Shown here: in pieces, positions 32,123 through 42,830 of the stretch
Layout: each line of letters begins with the position of its first letter
Position numbering within the stretch: the stretch's first letter is position 1
Sequence record: MH595538.1
Strand: one strand, 5' to 3'
Length of the DNA: 64,000 nucleotides
Notes under the pieces: generated by a model
Seen by the model: only the letters and a program-made list of their open reading frames with translations
Told to the model about the DNA's origin: nothing
The model's database searches: none
Translations under genes and position numbers: made by a program

Positions 32123-32134
32123 TGGAGTACTTTA

Positions 32135-32860
32135 ATGGATTTTAATGTTCTTAAAAGAAGTAAGAAAGCCATAGAAGAAGCAGTATTCGATGATGTAAAG
32201 AATGCCGTTTATATCGCTAAGAAAGAAGTCAGCATCGTTTTCCCTAAGCATTACTTAGAAGGTAAGTTAGGTTCTCTGGATGAACGCTTTAATCCACTGG
32301 CTATGTTTGCGATTGTCTCTGGCGACAATTACGCTGTATTAAGCATTCCTTCATTAATGCCGCTTTCTCCTTCTTCTTCGACCGTAATCAAACTTGATGG
32401 GGCTGATTACTATAAACTTAGCTGGCTGCCTGGCGAAGTTATCTGTCCTAACACAAACCTGGTTAAACGTAAGACCCTTGCCTTTGAGATTTATGATGAA
32501 TTCATAGCTAAAGGACGAGTACCACCTTACTTTAACAATAGGGACTATACTGAAATATTCTATCACTTGAAAGATTTCTGTGATGTAGATCTAAAAGCAG
32601 ACCATGCTATTCTATCAGGCTATGGCGCTGCTACTGCTCGATATCCAGGCGATAGAACACGTACAGCGCGAGAGTTCTATAAAGTCCAAGCCGACTTCTT
32701 AGAAATGCCTATTGATCGCATTCCTCTCAGATCTGTTGCCTATGGTGCGGATAACACCATGGCTCGTCTAGATGGCTCTTACCTAAATGAAGGTATGATG
32801 TCTACCTTGGTTAACCGCTCGGTTGAACCTCAAAGCATTGAACAAATGATCATTTCATAA
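32135..32860 (+). CDS. Conserved protein upstream of head protease (phiKZ gp176-like; possible vRNAP-associated)
   Basis: 241 aa, syntenic position immediately before the gp175-like protease. Confidence 0.55.
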   Translation: MDFNVLKRSKKAIEEAVFDDVKNAVYIAKKEVSIVFPKHYLEGKLGSLDERFNPLAMFAIVSGDNYAVLSIPSLMPLSPSSSTVIKLDGADYYKLSWLPGEVICPNTNLVKRKTLAFEIYDEFIAKGRVPPYFNNRDYTEIFYHLKDFCDVDLKADHAILSGYGAATARYPGDRTRTAREFYKVQADFLEMPIDRIPLRSVAYGADNTMARLDGSYLNEGMMSTLVNRSVEPQSIEQMIIS

Positions 32861-32870
32861 GGAAATAAAA

Positions 32871-33641
32871 ATGTCAGTTATCGCACTTTATGAGAGTACG
32901 GTTCTTCAGAAGTCTGGTAAGAAAGGTGATTTGAAAAAGGATGGTGAATACTACGAGATCGTAGTAGGTGCTTTCGATTGCCTTAATAGCCGTGAAGAGC
33001 TTTACATCTTTAACAACAACATCAAGCGCATGTATGATCCAGGCGGTAGTTTCCACCGCCGAATGCATAAAGCCGTATTGCGCGGTGAAGTAGAACATCC
33101 TGAATTCAAACCAGGGATGAGTCTAGATCAATACCTAAACCGTATACGCCAGATTCCTCTAACTAACTCATCACACCACTTTAGACAGATTCGCTTAGAA
33201 TCCGGAAAGGATGAGAACGGTAAACCAATTGTACTTGCGATCGGTTCTGTACGCAAGTCTGGCGAAAAGGGACATGTCTTCCAAGATGCGATTGATAACC
33301 GTGAAGAGAATGTTTGCTTCTCTATCCGTGCAATGTCTAAACGCTGGAATGACATGGGTCAAGTTAAACGTGAGATTACTTCCGTCATTACCTATGACCT
33401 AGTCGGAGAAGGCGGTATTCTCTGTGCAAACAAATACGATACTCCATCAATGGAGTGTTTCAGTCAGGAAGAGCTACCGTTCACTGAAGCAGACTTGGTT
33501 GCTGCTGAAGCATGGGCAGATAAGCTTGAAGAAAAATTGGCCTTGGAATCAGAACCTGAAGTCAGCTTTACGATGATTCGTTCAGCGATGGGCTGGCAGA
33601 AAGTTCAGAAAACCAAGATGCGCGCTATGGACTGGCGTTAA
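32871..33641 (+). CDS. Prohead maturation protease (phiKZ gp175-like)
   Basis: LRGEVEHP (catalytic His), CFSIRA (Ser) and TYDLVGEGGI (Asp); C-terminal SME/ALE autocleavage-like motifs. Confidence 0.85.
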   Translation: MSVIALYESTVLQKSGKKGDLKKDGEYYEIVVGAFDCLNSREELYIFNNNIKRMYDPGGSFHRRMHKAVLRGEVEHPEFKPGMSLDQYLNRIRQIPLTNSSHHFRQIRLESGKDENGKPIVLAIGSVRKSGEKGHVFQDAIDNREENVCFSIRAMSKRWNDMGQVKREITSVITYDLVGEGGILCANKYDTPSMECFSQEELPFTEADLVAAEAWADKLEEKLALESEPEVSFTMIRSAMGWQKVQKTKMRAMDWR

Positions 33642-33650
33642 GGAGCTATT

Positions 33651-33986
33651 ATGGGTACTGTAGAAATTATCGTACTGGTCTTGTGGATACTCGCGGTGTT
33701 TGTCGCCGAGTTCTTGAAGAATGCAGAATTGGATGTTAACACTAATGCATTCTTACAGGCTTATGTCAAAGTAGTCTTTATGTTAGCCGGGAATAAAATT
33801 CTCTTTAAAGCTGCTGATATGAACGATGACGGTCAAGATAACCGGGTGCTTTATTTCAATAAGGAAACCAATCGTTTTGCTAAGAACGAAGATGTTGCCT
33901 TATCAAGGAATCGAGGCACTCGGATAATTCAGGCCATCACTACGGTTGCATCCGCCCTGGCAGGCGGCGGCTCTTACTTACTGTAG
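33651..33986 (+). CDS. Small protein with hydrophobic N-terminus
   Basis: 111 aa, GGAG RBS, N-terminal TM-like stretch. Confidence 0.55.
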   Translation: MGTVEIIVLVLWILAVFVAEFLKNAELDVNTNAFLQAYVKVVFMLAGNKILFKAADMNDDGQDNRVLYFNKETNRFAKNEDVALSRNRGTRIIQAITTVASALAGGGSYLL

Positions 33987-33999
33987 AATCAGCACAGGG

Positions 34000-34305
34000 A
34001 TGTGTACGTCACTCAAGACTAAATCCCGGCATCTGCCGTTACTTGCAAACAAAAAAGAAATGTTAGCTTTCTTTCTAAATTGCAAGAAAAAAATAACGGT
34101 AGATGTTAAAGTAGAGGGAGTGCTATTTAACAATGGCTTTAAACCTCCTCTAATGGGCCTGGAAGAGACTTTAAGACAGTCAGATATACTAGGGTACCCT
34201 GAAGTAGTTAAAACCTTCCTAGCGGCCGCTATAGAGCATAAACGTCTCATTGACTTAGATGCTCAACGCATGGCTAAAATGAAGTGTAATGTTAATACCT
34301 TATGA
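34000..34305 (+). CDS. Hypothetical protein
   Basis: Open frame 33946-34305; likely start at 34000 after the upstream stop. Confidence 0.45.
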   Translation: MCTSLKTKSRHLPLLANKKEMLAFFLNCKKKITVDVKVEGVLFNNGFKPPLMGLEETLRQSDILGYPEVVKTFLAAAIEHKRLIDLDAQRMAKMKCNVNTL

Positions 34306-34309
34306 TAAC

Positions 34310-34335
34310 CTACAGGGACCTTCGGGTCCCTGTAG
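34310..34335 (+). terminator. Terminator hairpin
   Basis: CTACAGGGACC-TTCG-GGTCCCTGTAG. Confidence 0.7.
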
Positions 34336-34352
34336 TTCAAATGTTTTTCAAT

Positions 34353-34370
34353 TCTATATAACCATAGTGA
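34353..34370 (+). promoter_or_regulatory. Putative phage early promoter motif, copy 2
   Basis: TCTATATAACCATAGTGA. Confidence 0.7.
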
Positions 34371-34425
34371 TCTTGTTCGTAAAAGAACGAAACCATTAGA
34401 TGTTTAAATCAAAGGAATCACTAAA

Positions 34426-35097
34426 ATGAAACTACTTTCTAATCTTTACGGCACTGAAGTAAATACTGCAGACATGGGAGACATGCCTGTCATCGCACAT
34501 AAGGTAACGGAACCTACTGTTTTGAAGATCAGCATCAAGTCTCCAGTAGCGAGCATCATAGGTCCTTATGGATGGACGCCTGCGCTCGACATTGAAGTAG
34601 AAATGCCATACGATCTTCCTGTTGATATGCATGACGAAGAACTATTTACAGAAAGTGACTCACTAGGGCTTAACTACAAAGAACACCTCGGAAAAGTGCT
34701 TCAGTCCATCGCTCCAGTAGAGCCATGTGACGTGTACGACGTAGGTCTTGCGACAAAACTATGTAAAGAACATGGGCTTGAGCATTTAATGGATAGTCAT
34801 GCTGACGCGATGATTGCTATTGCGATGAAACTATTTAATGCTGAGAATGGAAAAGATAGCATAACTAAACTGGAATTTGTCCCAGCAGAAAACATTGGCG
34901 GCCTAGAAGGAGCAGCATCTGAAGTAGCACGTATCTATAAAGAACAGTATGCAGAAATGCTAGAGCAGTTACTGGGTCATGGCCGCGTATACTTTAACTA
35001 CAGTTCTGAACTATTAACTATTGATGTATGCATAGCCGGATCTGTTAAAGGACACAATTCTGTGATCCGTCAGATACTTAACAATACCTCAAAGTAA
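34426..35097 (+). CDS. Hypothetical protein (probable early gene)
   Basis: 223 aa ORF, AAGGA RBS, downstream of the promoter motif. Confidence 0.6.
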   Translation: MKLLSNLYGTEVNTADMGDMPVIAHKVTEPTVLKISIKSPVASIIGPYGWTPALDIEVEMPYDLPVDMHDEELFTESDSLGLNYKEHLGKVLQSIAPVEPCDVYDVGLATKLCKEHGLEHLMDSHADAMIAIAMKLFNAENGKDSITKLEFVPAENIGGLEGAASEVARIYKEQYAEMLEQLLGHGRVYFNYSSELLTIDVCIAGSVKGHNSVIRQILNNTSK

Positions 35098-35160
35098 TTT
35101 TTAACTTACCTTAAATATCATTTAGACTTTACCCCATAAAGACATTACAGGAGATTACCA

Positions 35161-35607
35161 ATGTCAATCACATTTGAACGTGTACAAGAAATCGCAGAAG
35201 CAATCGTTGGTTCAGAAGTAGCAGTAGAGAACGATACGGTCGTGCTTAACAAAGATGTCTACTATGCTAACCTCCCAGCAGACATCACTGCAGAACAGGC
35301 TAATGCAGTACACGCGTATGACACGGCGTTCCTAGCAGCAACTGGCCTAGCAGGCGGTCAGATTGCAGCAGAGCACTTTGTTCAAAATCCTGATGTTGAA
35401 TCAGTATCTATCGTTGCGCCATTGGAGCATGCGGAAGTTGCTCACCGAATCTATCAGAACTATGAAGTCGATGGCAATACACATCAGAACTACATTGTTT
35501 CATCATACACGTCACATACTCGCGGCATGCAAGAAGATCTCATCGCTCGCATGCAAGAAACCGTTTCTGGCCTAGCTCCTCAAACAGCGGGACAAGAAGC
35601 AGAATAA
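35161..35607 (+). CDS. Hypothetical acidic protein
   Basis: 148 aa, strong AGGAG RBS, Ala/Glu-rich. Confidence 0.65.
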   Translation: MSITFERVQEIAEAIVGSEVAVENDTVVLNKDVYYANLPADITAEQANAVHAYDTAFLAATGLAGGQIAAEHFVQNPDVESVSIVAPLEHAEVAHRIYQNYEVDGNTHQNYIVSSYTSHTRGMQEDLIARMQETVSGLAPQTAGQEAE

Positions 35608-35659
35608 CAATTCATCATTAAGGGACAGGATTGGCCTGTCCCTTTAACAGGAGACAATT

Positions 35660-36112
35660 ATGGGTTTTAGACATAAACCAGAAAAACGATCAGGACATAA
35701 AGACCGCAATCAAAAGGGCTTTGTTCACCGCAGCCATGGAAACGGATACAAGCCCGTTCCAGAGCATGTTCCTGCTATTAACGAATTGGATCACAACGGT
35801 CGTCTTCGAGTAGCCGAAATTTTACGCGTCATTGAGGCAGGGAATGCAATTAAAGAAATCACCTTTCGAGGCGGCATTGCACAAAAGTATCTAAACGAAT
35901 TCAAAAGTCAGCATCCTGTATCATTCTCTGAAAGACCCAGTCTCGATGAATTGAAACAAATGGCTGATCTAGCTGAAAAGCGATTAGCTTACGTACAAGA
36001 AAAAATGGGCCTTAAGATGGAAGAAGATCTAGACTTTGACGTTCCTGAACCAGAAGACATGGAAGAAGACTATGTCGATGGTGAAACGCTTGCAGTAAAT
36101 CCTGATCTGTAA
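35660..36112 (+). CDS. Hypothetical protein, basic N-terminus and acidic C-terminus
   Basis: 150 aa, AGGAG RBS. Confidence 0.6.
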   Translation: MGFRHKPEKRSGHKDRNQKGFVHRSHGNGYKPVPEHVPAINELDHNGRLRVAEILRVIEAGNAIKEITFRGGIAQKYLNEFKSQHPVSFSERPSLDELKQMADLAEKRLAYVQEKMGLKMEEDLDFDVPEPEDMEEDYVDGETLAVNPDL

Positions 36113-36124
36113 AAACATAAATAT

Positions 36125-36148
36125 ATCACCGGGCAAATGCCCGGTGAT
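36125..36148. terminator. Bidirectional terminator hairpin
   Basis: ATCACCGGGCA-AA-TGCCCGGTGAT between convergent genes, with flanking T/A tracts. Confidence 0.7.
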
Positions 36149-36167
36149 AATAGCTTTATTTTTTTTC

Positions 36168-37040
36168 TTACTGCTGTAGACGAGCTGCCGCTGCGGCTGC
36201 TGCTTTAGAGTAAGATCCGCCTTCTTCAGTCAATGCATCATCACGAAGTGAAGGAGACACTTCAGTAACGAATGGAGTCTGAGAAGTTGGGTTGTAACCG
36301 TACTTATTGATAGAGTTCAAGTACTGTAATGCAAGTGCTTTAACACTGTCGTTAACAATCGTTAGTGCGGTGAAGTTGATCTCTAGGTTATTGATCTCGT
36401 TTGGAGAACCAACCTCGTTAGAGATTTCATCTGGCACTTCAATAGGCATCATGTTTGCACACATGTATGCAGACTCAACACCTGTCAAAGAACGGTTAGG
36501 TTCGATGAACAGAGTAACGAATGAACGATCCGCTGCTGTGATAGGTGGAGAACCTGCTGCAATATATGCGGCTTGATCCATAACACCAACACGGGTTGTA
36601 CCTGGCTCCATGACAAGCTTAGTCTGAATTGTACGGAACAAGTCAGTTAGAGGTTTACCTTCTAGTTCAGGGAAAGTCATTGCTGGCTCTGAACGAGAAC
36701 GAGAAACCAAGGTAGGTGTTTGCATTACCTCACCGCCATAGCCCTGAACAGTATCTTCAGTCTCCATGGTAGTGGTTTGGTTTAGCCCTGTAATACTAGT
36801 CGCCATCGTTTCGATAGCTGACTTCAACAGCGCCGCGTAGTAATCGCCATCATCAAGATAACGGAAACCCGCTGGAGCTTGTAGCAATACCGCAATCAGT
36901 TTCTGCTTTGTATGATACAAAGAAGATTCCCAAGTACGAGTATTTGCCATGTGTCCTTGTTGACCACCTTTACGGCCGTCTACTACACTTGTATATTGAG
37001 CAACAGCACTGGTTGCTGGCAATAGTACATCATTTGACAT
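36168..37040 (-). CDS. Tail tube protein (phiKZ gp30-like)
   Basis: 290 aa directly downstream of the sheath; FVTLFIEP...AYMCANMMP pattern. Confidence 0.75.
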   Translation of the reverse strand: MSNDVLLPATSAVAQYTSVVDGRKGGQQGHMANTRTWESSLYHTKQKLIAVLLQAPAGFRYLDDGDYYAALLKSAIETMATSITGLNQTTTMETEDTVQGYGGEVMQTPTLVSRSRSEPAMTFPELEGKPLTDLFRTIQTKLVMEPGTTRVGVMDQAAYIAAGSPPITAADRSFVTLFIEPNRSLTGVESAYMCANMMPIEVPDEISNEVGSPNEINNLEINFTALTIVNDSVKALALQYLNSINKYGYNPTSQTPFVTEVSPSLRDDALTEEGGSYSKAAAAAAARLQQ

Positions 37041-37088
37041 GGTTTAATTCCTCTTAGAGAAAAGGGGAAATGAATCCCCTTTCTTTAT

Positions 37089-39137
37089 TTACTCAGGGCG
37101 AACAACAGTGATGTTGTACTGACCAACCGTACGGCTTGCGCCTGCTTCTGCATTGATATCCAATGCCCAGCTATAACCACGCGCCAAATCTTCATCATTG
37201 AATACCGTGTTAAAGGTAACGTTGATTAGATTGTCGAAACGGTTAAGAATCAAATCGCCGAAGTCAGCGTCAGACTGTTCGATGAACTCGTCATTGGTCA
37301 GACCGTCGGTATTTGTATTCAATGACCAGTGGTAGTCGGCTAGCTTCTTAAGCGTAACTAGACAAGAAACAACGAGGTCGCTGTTAAGCGCTGAGGTGTC
37401 GTCACTGAAGACAGTCTGGTACATTGGCCAGAAGATCTCAGCGATGTCACGGTACTGCACATAGTTAATGCCGATTTCCCAGTACTGGTTCTTGATATCG
37501 AAAGACTGGTAAGTATGAGTGACATCAGTAAGTTTCTCAACGCCATTACGAGTACGCAATGAAGGCTTGTAAGTAGAGTTAAGAATACCAGTGCCTGCAC
37601 CCATGTAGCGAGCACGCTTGTAGATCATGTCAAACATCAACGGCAGACGGCGATCAAAGACAGAGTCTACGAAAGTACCCATTGAACCCCAGATAGAAGC
37701 ACGACAGGTCTGAGTGCCGTGGATGACAGATTCAGGAGAAAGCAGCGCGCGAATACGTAGGGATTGACCCATTGAGATTTCAGTCTCAATGTCGTTCTCA
37801 TCCAACGCCAAGTCCTGAGTACAGACGTCGACCTTGATGTCATGGCGCTTACTCATTGTCTCAAGGATCGCGTACTTAGTTTCTAGGCTGAAGCCAGTAT
37901 CGTAGATCTGAGAGATAGGGTAGCGCGCAACATCATTAAGAGGCTCATCTGGATTACTCCAGTCACCGCGATAGAATTCGCGAGCTAGTGTATCTAGAGC
38001 TGTTTCGCTTACCTCGCCATCGCTACCGCCAGTTAGATAATGCGTAGTCAATAGGTCAGCAGCGACACCGCCAGCTTCTTCAGTAAGACCGGTGAATGCA
38101 TCACCTGCGAAATCAACGCTTGCCATGATGTTAACTTCATGAATGCCTTCTAGCAATTCAGTGATGTTATTTGCCGTACGCTGAGCGTTTTCGAATTCGA
38201 ATAGTTCAGTAAGTACCGTGTCGATGTTTGCTTCATAGAAATGAAGATCACGAACTGGGCCTGCTACAGGAATGATGCCAGCACCATCACGCTTGTATAG
38301 GTTATGGATACGATTCTTATCGTAACTAACGTTAGTACGAGTATCAGTTGCGCCCTTCAATAGAGAGAAGTCAACTTCGCGTGCTTGCGTTAGAGTCTGA
38401 CGGATAACCGGACTAGAACGTTCGTCTGGACGCTCATACCATGCCCAGCGATACATCATAGTCTTCTGATCTTCAGCAACAAACTCATCAGCTGGGTTTG
38501 CTGTTTTAAGACCAGGTGCTTCCATGCGGAAGCCAACATTGTTACCTAGCTCACCGACATCTGCGATACCAGAAATAAGCGGAACAATTTTAGATGCTGT
38601 GTTGCCGTCCTGGCTAGTCAACGAACCAACCGCTTCAGCCATTGATTTGTAGTTTGCCGCAGTTACGCCGGACATAAGCACTAAGCGCTTACGAATCATC
38701 GGGATTGGAGCAGCACCAGGAACAGGAATTGGATCTTCGTTAACATCCAATATTAACTCGCCGGTTTGGGGGTCGCGTTCATAGACTGGAAGTAAATCAC
38801 TGAGATACTCCATGCCTAGACAGAAACCAGCAGCGGCAGCGTCTGCACTAGCGACACGACGTAAGGCGATCATTTGACCCGCGCCAGCTGTCATTGCAGC
38901 AGCGGCTGTTGAGTGCGAATAGAACTTTTTCGCTTCGTCAAAAGTTGCAGAACCAAACGTAGTGGTCATCGCATCTTCTGTCGTAAAGATCGTGGTCAAA
39001 GGGCCTTTAGCAGCCTGAATTGGAAATACAGGTAAATGCTGTGGAACCTGCGTTCTCTCGACCGGCACTGCGTCCGCCGTAGCGTCCTTGATGCCGTCTT
39101 GATACGAAGCAGGAATACCCTTACGGATAATTGCCAT
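37089..39137 (-). CDS. Contractile tail sheath protein (phiKZ gp29-like)
   Basis: 682 aa; PQHLPVFPIQAAKGP...TFGS, YLTGGSDG and YDTGFSLETK motifs; divergent from the gp28-25 block. Confidence 0.85.
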   Translation of the reverse strand: MAIIRKGIPASYQDGIKDATADAVPVERTQVPQHLPVFPIQAAKGPLTTIFTTEDAMTTTFGSATFDEAKKFYSHSTAAAAMTAGAGQMIALRRVASADAAAAGFCLGMEYLSDLLPVYERDPQTGELILDVNEDPIPVPGAAPIPMIRKRLVLMSGVTAANYKSMAEAVGSLTSQDGNTASKIVPLISGIADVGELGNNVGFRMEAPGLKTANPADEFVAEDQKTMMYRWAWYERPDERSSPVIRQTLTQAREVDFSLLKGATDTRTNVSYDKNRIHNLYKRDGAGIIPVAGPVRDLHFYEANIDTVLTELFEFENAQRTANNITELLEGIHEVNIMASVDFAGDAFTGLTEEAGGVAADLLTTHYLTGGSDGEVSETALDTLAREFYRGDWSNPDEPLNDVARYPISQIYDTGFSLETKYAILETMSKRHDIKVDVCTQDLALDENDIETEISMGQSLRIRALLSPESVIHGTQTCRASIWGSMGTFVDSVFDRRLPLMFDMIYKRARYMGAGTGILNSTYKPSLRTRNGVEKLTDVTHTYQSFDIKNQYWEIGINYVQYRDIAEIFWPMYQTVFSDDTSALNSDLVVSCLVTLKKLADYHWSLNTNTDGLTNDEFIEQSDADFGDLILNRFDNLINVTFNTVFNDEDLARGYSWALDINAEAGASRTVGQYNITVVRPE

Positions 39138-39327
39138 AAGTTGATCCTCAAGCTTGAGATTGAAACAATTGTTTTAAAGATTTTTGTGAGCGCGCGATAG
39201 CTACGTTATGGAGATAAGCAAATCTCATAGGACTGATGTCTCACATGACGTCGTAGCCTACAAGATTATATTAAGTAACAGATATTGGCCATTTCTGTTA
39301 TTATTTTTTACCCCGGGACAAAAAATT

Positions 39328-40278
39328 ATGAACGCATACGATACCCTCGCTCAGCGACCTGAAAAGAATAAAGTCGCCAAAGTGTTAGAAGCTTTTAAAT
39401 TTAATAAAGCAACGAAAGGCAATGATTTTCTACCAGTAAGTTGGGAAAAACCTGACTCTCTTATTTTTAAGGTTGCTCCAGGCATTGGTAACATTCCGCA
39501 ATGGAACCTGCCCATTAGCGTAGATGGCGTTACTCTTGTTGACACTCGAATGTTTGAACGCCCCGACGGTCGAGTAACTAAGAGCTATGAAGTCGATGCT
39601 ATTTATTTGCGAGCAGCACTTGCTAGCGAATGGGAATTCAATCGACCTGCATATGAAGCCATTATCGATCCGCTCACTATCTACTATGCTGAATGGCTAT
39701 CTAACTTGATCTCCACACGCTTTGCCATCAATGCTTCTCAGAAAGCGGTCTACCATGTCATGTTTGCCTTTTACTACTGGCATCAGATCATGGGACAGTT
39801 GAACATTGAAACAATGACTGCTGAAGACCTCAGTATGTTGTTTAGTCGCTTTGCTGAAAGAAAGCTAGGTGTTGGTCGTCATACGGTGAATGACGTCATG
39901 CAAAATGAATCGGCCATTGATCTAGTTAAAAGAATCAATGAAGAAGGTAAGCCGATCAATATTGATCACTTCTTTAAAACAGCGAACCAGATTGTTGATT
40001 CAGTGGCAATCAGTATCGATCTTAACTCTCTTTATGAGTTTGCATTCGCACGAGGCAATCGCAGTTGGTTTGGAGAAGCAGCAACTGACATTGCATCAGC
40101 AGCATTTGAATATCCGCCTATGTTCGCTTACATGGCTTATATGGCTGCAACCAGAAGTACTTATAAAGATACTTATGTGGGCCAAGCTGTGAATTACGCT
40201 TCCCGTAAATTAATGCGCGCGGACGGACTTACGCGCTGGGTGGGCATTACCATGCAAGACTATGCTCTTCAAGTCTAA
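39328..40278 (+). CDS. Virion structural protein (phiKZ gp28-like position)
   Basis: First gene of the operon leading to the terminase; start refined to the ATG at 39328. Confidence 0.6.
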   Translation: MNAYDTLAQRPEKNKVAKVLEAFKFNKATKGNDFLPVSWEKPDSLIFKVAPGIGNIPQWNLPISVDGVTLVDTRMFERPDGRVTKSYEVDAIYLRAALASEWEFNRPAYEAIIDPLTIYYAEWLSNLISTRFAINASQKAVYHVMFAFYYWHQIMGQLNIETMTAEDLSMLFSRFAERKLGVGRHTVNDVMQNESAIDLVKRINEEGKPINIDHFFKTANQIVDSVAISIDLNSLYEFAFARGNRSWFGEAATDIASAAFEYPPMFAYMAYMAATRSTYKDTYVGQAVNYASRKLMRADGLTRWVGITMQDYALQV

Positions 40279-40287
40279 GGAGTTAAC

Positions 40288-42819
40288 ATGGAATCTCTGT
40301 TGCCAGAAGCACGACAGGCGATTATAGACAACATCTGGGCAAACCCTCATGTAGACAGACAATTCATCTTTAAGCCATCCAGACTGACGTACAAGTTTGG
40401 TGAGCGAGGCAGTATACGCATTCCATTTTCCACTATATACATGCCCGATACAGATGATCGATACGTGGTCTATGAAATGGGCCAGTTAAATCCCGCACTA
40501 CTTGGACTTGATGGAAACTACCGCCAATGGGTACGTCTAGACAAAGTCTGTAACAACCAAGAAGCGCTTATCTTCGGATATATCGATAACCGCATCATTC
40601 CTTCAACCACTGTTTATATCAGACGCAATGAAAATCGCAATCTTTTATGCGCAGTGAAATACACGCCTAACCGAGAGCACTTCCTAAAAGAAAAGCCATT
40701 CTATTTAAGAATGTATTCTAACTCCTGGTTTGCTACGGCAGAAGCAGATACGAACGTAGGTGTTGAAGTAAAAGGCGGCATCATAGATGAGCCAGGTTGG
40801 ACGGTAAGCGATATATTAACTCAATGGAATGCTTTTAGGGCGAGGGCTGAGGGTTATACCTTCGCATTTATCAATGGTGTCTATCATGACAAGTTGACCT
40901 CTGCTATTATGACAGAGGGCGATTATCTTGAGATGATTTATGACGGCTCCATCCAAGAGTACTTCGATGTATCGATCGAAGACATGGGTGCGTTTCAGTC
41001 TGATATCGACTTTAAGAGAAAGCTGTTGATTACTTCTCCAGATTCTCTAAACGGTCAGTTCATCTTCCAAGATGATGTCGACTTCATGATCTGCAATAAG
41101 TTTACAGAAAACTTATTAGAGTATACGAAAGGCGTTTATTATCCTCGTGAAATAAGATCTGATGTTAGACAGGTTACTCAACGAGACTGGGCTATCGTTG
41201 CTTCTCGAGTGACCGATGTTATTGTCAGCCAAGGAAGTGACATTCAGTACACTGGATCCTATATTCGATGCTTTGTACGCAAAACACCTGCGCCTGATTT
41301 CTATTCTAATAACGCACAATTCACTTCGGACATGTTCCTTTTAGACGAAGCAACACGTAAACTTCTTCTAACTGGTACTGGTGGTCGACTAGATAAATGG
41401 AAAGCTGAAGAGTTAGAAAAGAGCGCTTGGATTACAATGACAGCTGCACGAGCTGAAACCATTAATGATCTAAGTAACGTTCTTAACTACTATGGTGTTT
41501 ACAAATATCTCGAAACGGGATATAAGCAAGACGATGGTAGTTTTACGATTCCTCCTATTATGAAAGACGGCGGAGTTATTGCTAAACTAGATGCCAACGG
41601 TCACTTAATCGAAATCGATACATTAACCGACATCGAGTATGGCCCAGAACTAGTTCTTTCTGGAAATCCAGAGAAGGCAATTTTCATTCCTGGTGATAAC
41701 ACATTGGATCTTTCAACCATTGATACTCCAAGTTCTTTTGCAAACGATGTTTTAGCGGATACTGCTGAAGTGTTCATGTACCTAGACACGGATGACCAAT
41801 GGAAAACAGCAACTGAAAACATTCAATATTATGTCAATGCCTCCAATGTAGTTACATGGGGTAATGCATATGCAGCGCGAGAGCGTAGACGACGCAATAG
41901 CCGACCCATTGTTAATCGGTCGTTCTCATTGGATCGCAGTGACGTAGGATTGCCGATTAACATAACTGCTAATGGCTCAGTACCGCCTACTAACATAGGT
42001 TTTGCTAAATACGATATCTGGCTGAATAAGAAGAAGCTTGTATTCGGAGTGGACTTCTTGGTTGATTTTCCTAAGATCATCATTCGTAACCAAGAATACT
42101 TCAATGCCGGGGAGAGCACTGCATTAATTGAGATGGTCGCGCATGGAATCCCCCCAGAGCAGAAAGAAGAATCTTGGGGCTTTGTAGAGAATCGCTATTT
42201 GAGCAACGATGATACTTTCAATCTTCATTTCTATCGTCAGAAAGAACTTGTCATCGATGGTGCGATTATCGACATGAGTCGCGCTGCTTTTGCAGAAGGT
42301 TATGCTGGACATAACAGTGATAACGGTAAGTTAGAAACCAGTTTCCGTGAAGGCGGGTTATTTTCGCTATCTTTGCCCGTATCCGCGGTTTCTAATCAGG
42401 ACCAGAATAGTCTTAATGTTGACCGTTTTGACGCACAGACGTCAACTGTGGAAATAGAAGCTTATATGGATAAATACTTCCCGCAGACAGAACAGCCTAA
42501 TGTCAATATCATACCATATCGCCATTCATTGGTAAGTGCATTCATGAGAAGAGCACTGTCCGACATCATGGATGGTATTCTGGTTATTGACCGAACTGAC
42601 TATTCTGACACGGCCATTGGTCTGCTCGTAGAACCATTTAGTGATCTATTGCCGCTAGATGTTGATGAACTTAATGCGAAAGAGGCCTATATCGAAATTA
42701 GACCTCATGCGTTTGAAAGCCATGTTGCATTAACTCCAGAGCAATACAATTTCTTCGTTCGTCTGAACGATCTCTATCTTAAGAGTCGCATTACCTTAAG
42801 TGACTTCTTCATGCAATAA
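40288..42819 (+). CDS. Virion structural protein (phiKZ gp27-like)
   Basis: 843 aa, GGAG RBS, synteny. Confidence 0.65.
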   Translation: MESLLPEARQAIIDNIWANPHVDRQFIFKPSRLTYKFGERGSIRIPFSTIYMPDTDDRYVVYEMGQLNPALLGLDGNYRQWVRLDKVCNNQEALIFGYIDNRIIPSTTVYIRRNENRNLLCAVKYTPNREHFLKEKPFYLRMYSNSWFATAEADTNVGVEVKGGIIDEPGWTVSDILTQWNAFRARAEGYTFAFINGVYHDKLTSAIMTEGDYLEMIYDGSIQEYFDVSIEDMGAFQSDIDFKRKLLITSPDSLNGQFIFQDDVDFMICNKFTENLLEYTKGVYYPREIRSDVRQVTQRDWAIVASRVTDVIVSQGSDIQYTGSYIRCFVRKTPAPDFYSNNAQFTSDMFLLDEATRKLLLTGTGGRLDKWKAEELEKSAWITMTAARAETINDLSNVLNYYGVYKYLETGYKQDDGSFTIPPIMKDGGVIAKLDANGHLIEIDTLTDIEYGPELVLSGNPEKAIFIPGDNTLDLSTIDTPSSFANDVLADTAEVFMYLDTDDQWKTATENIQYYVNASNVVTWGNAYAARERRRRNSRPIVNRSFSLDRSDVGLPINITANGSVPPTNIGFAKYDIWLNKKKLVFGVDFLVDFPKIIIRNQEYFNAGESTALIEMVAHGIPPEQKEESWGFVENRYLSNDDTFNLHFYRQKELVIDGAIIDMSRAAFAEGYAGHNSDNGKLETSFREGGLFSLSLPVSAVSNQDQNSLNVDRFDAQTSTVEIEAYMDKYFPQTEQPNVNIIPYRHSLVSAFMRRALSDIMDGILVIDRTDYSDTAIGLLVEPFSDLLPLDVDELNAKEAYIEIRPHAFESHVALTPEQYNFFVRLNDLYLKSRITLSDFFMQ

Positions 42820-42830
42820 AAGGTAAGATT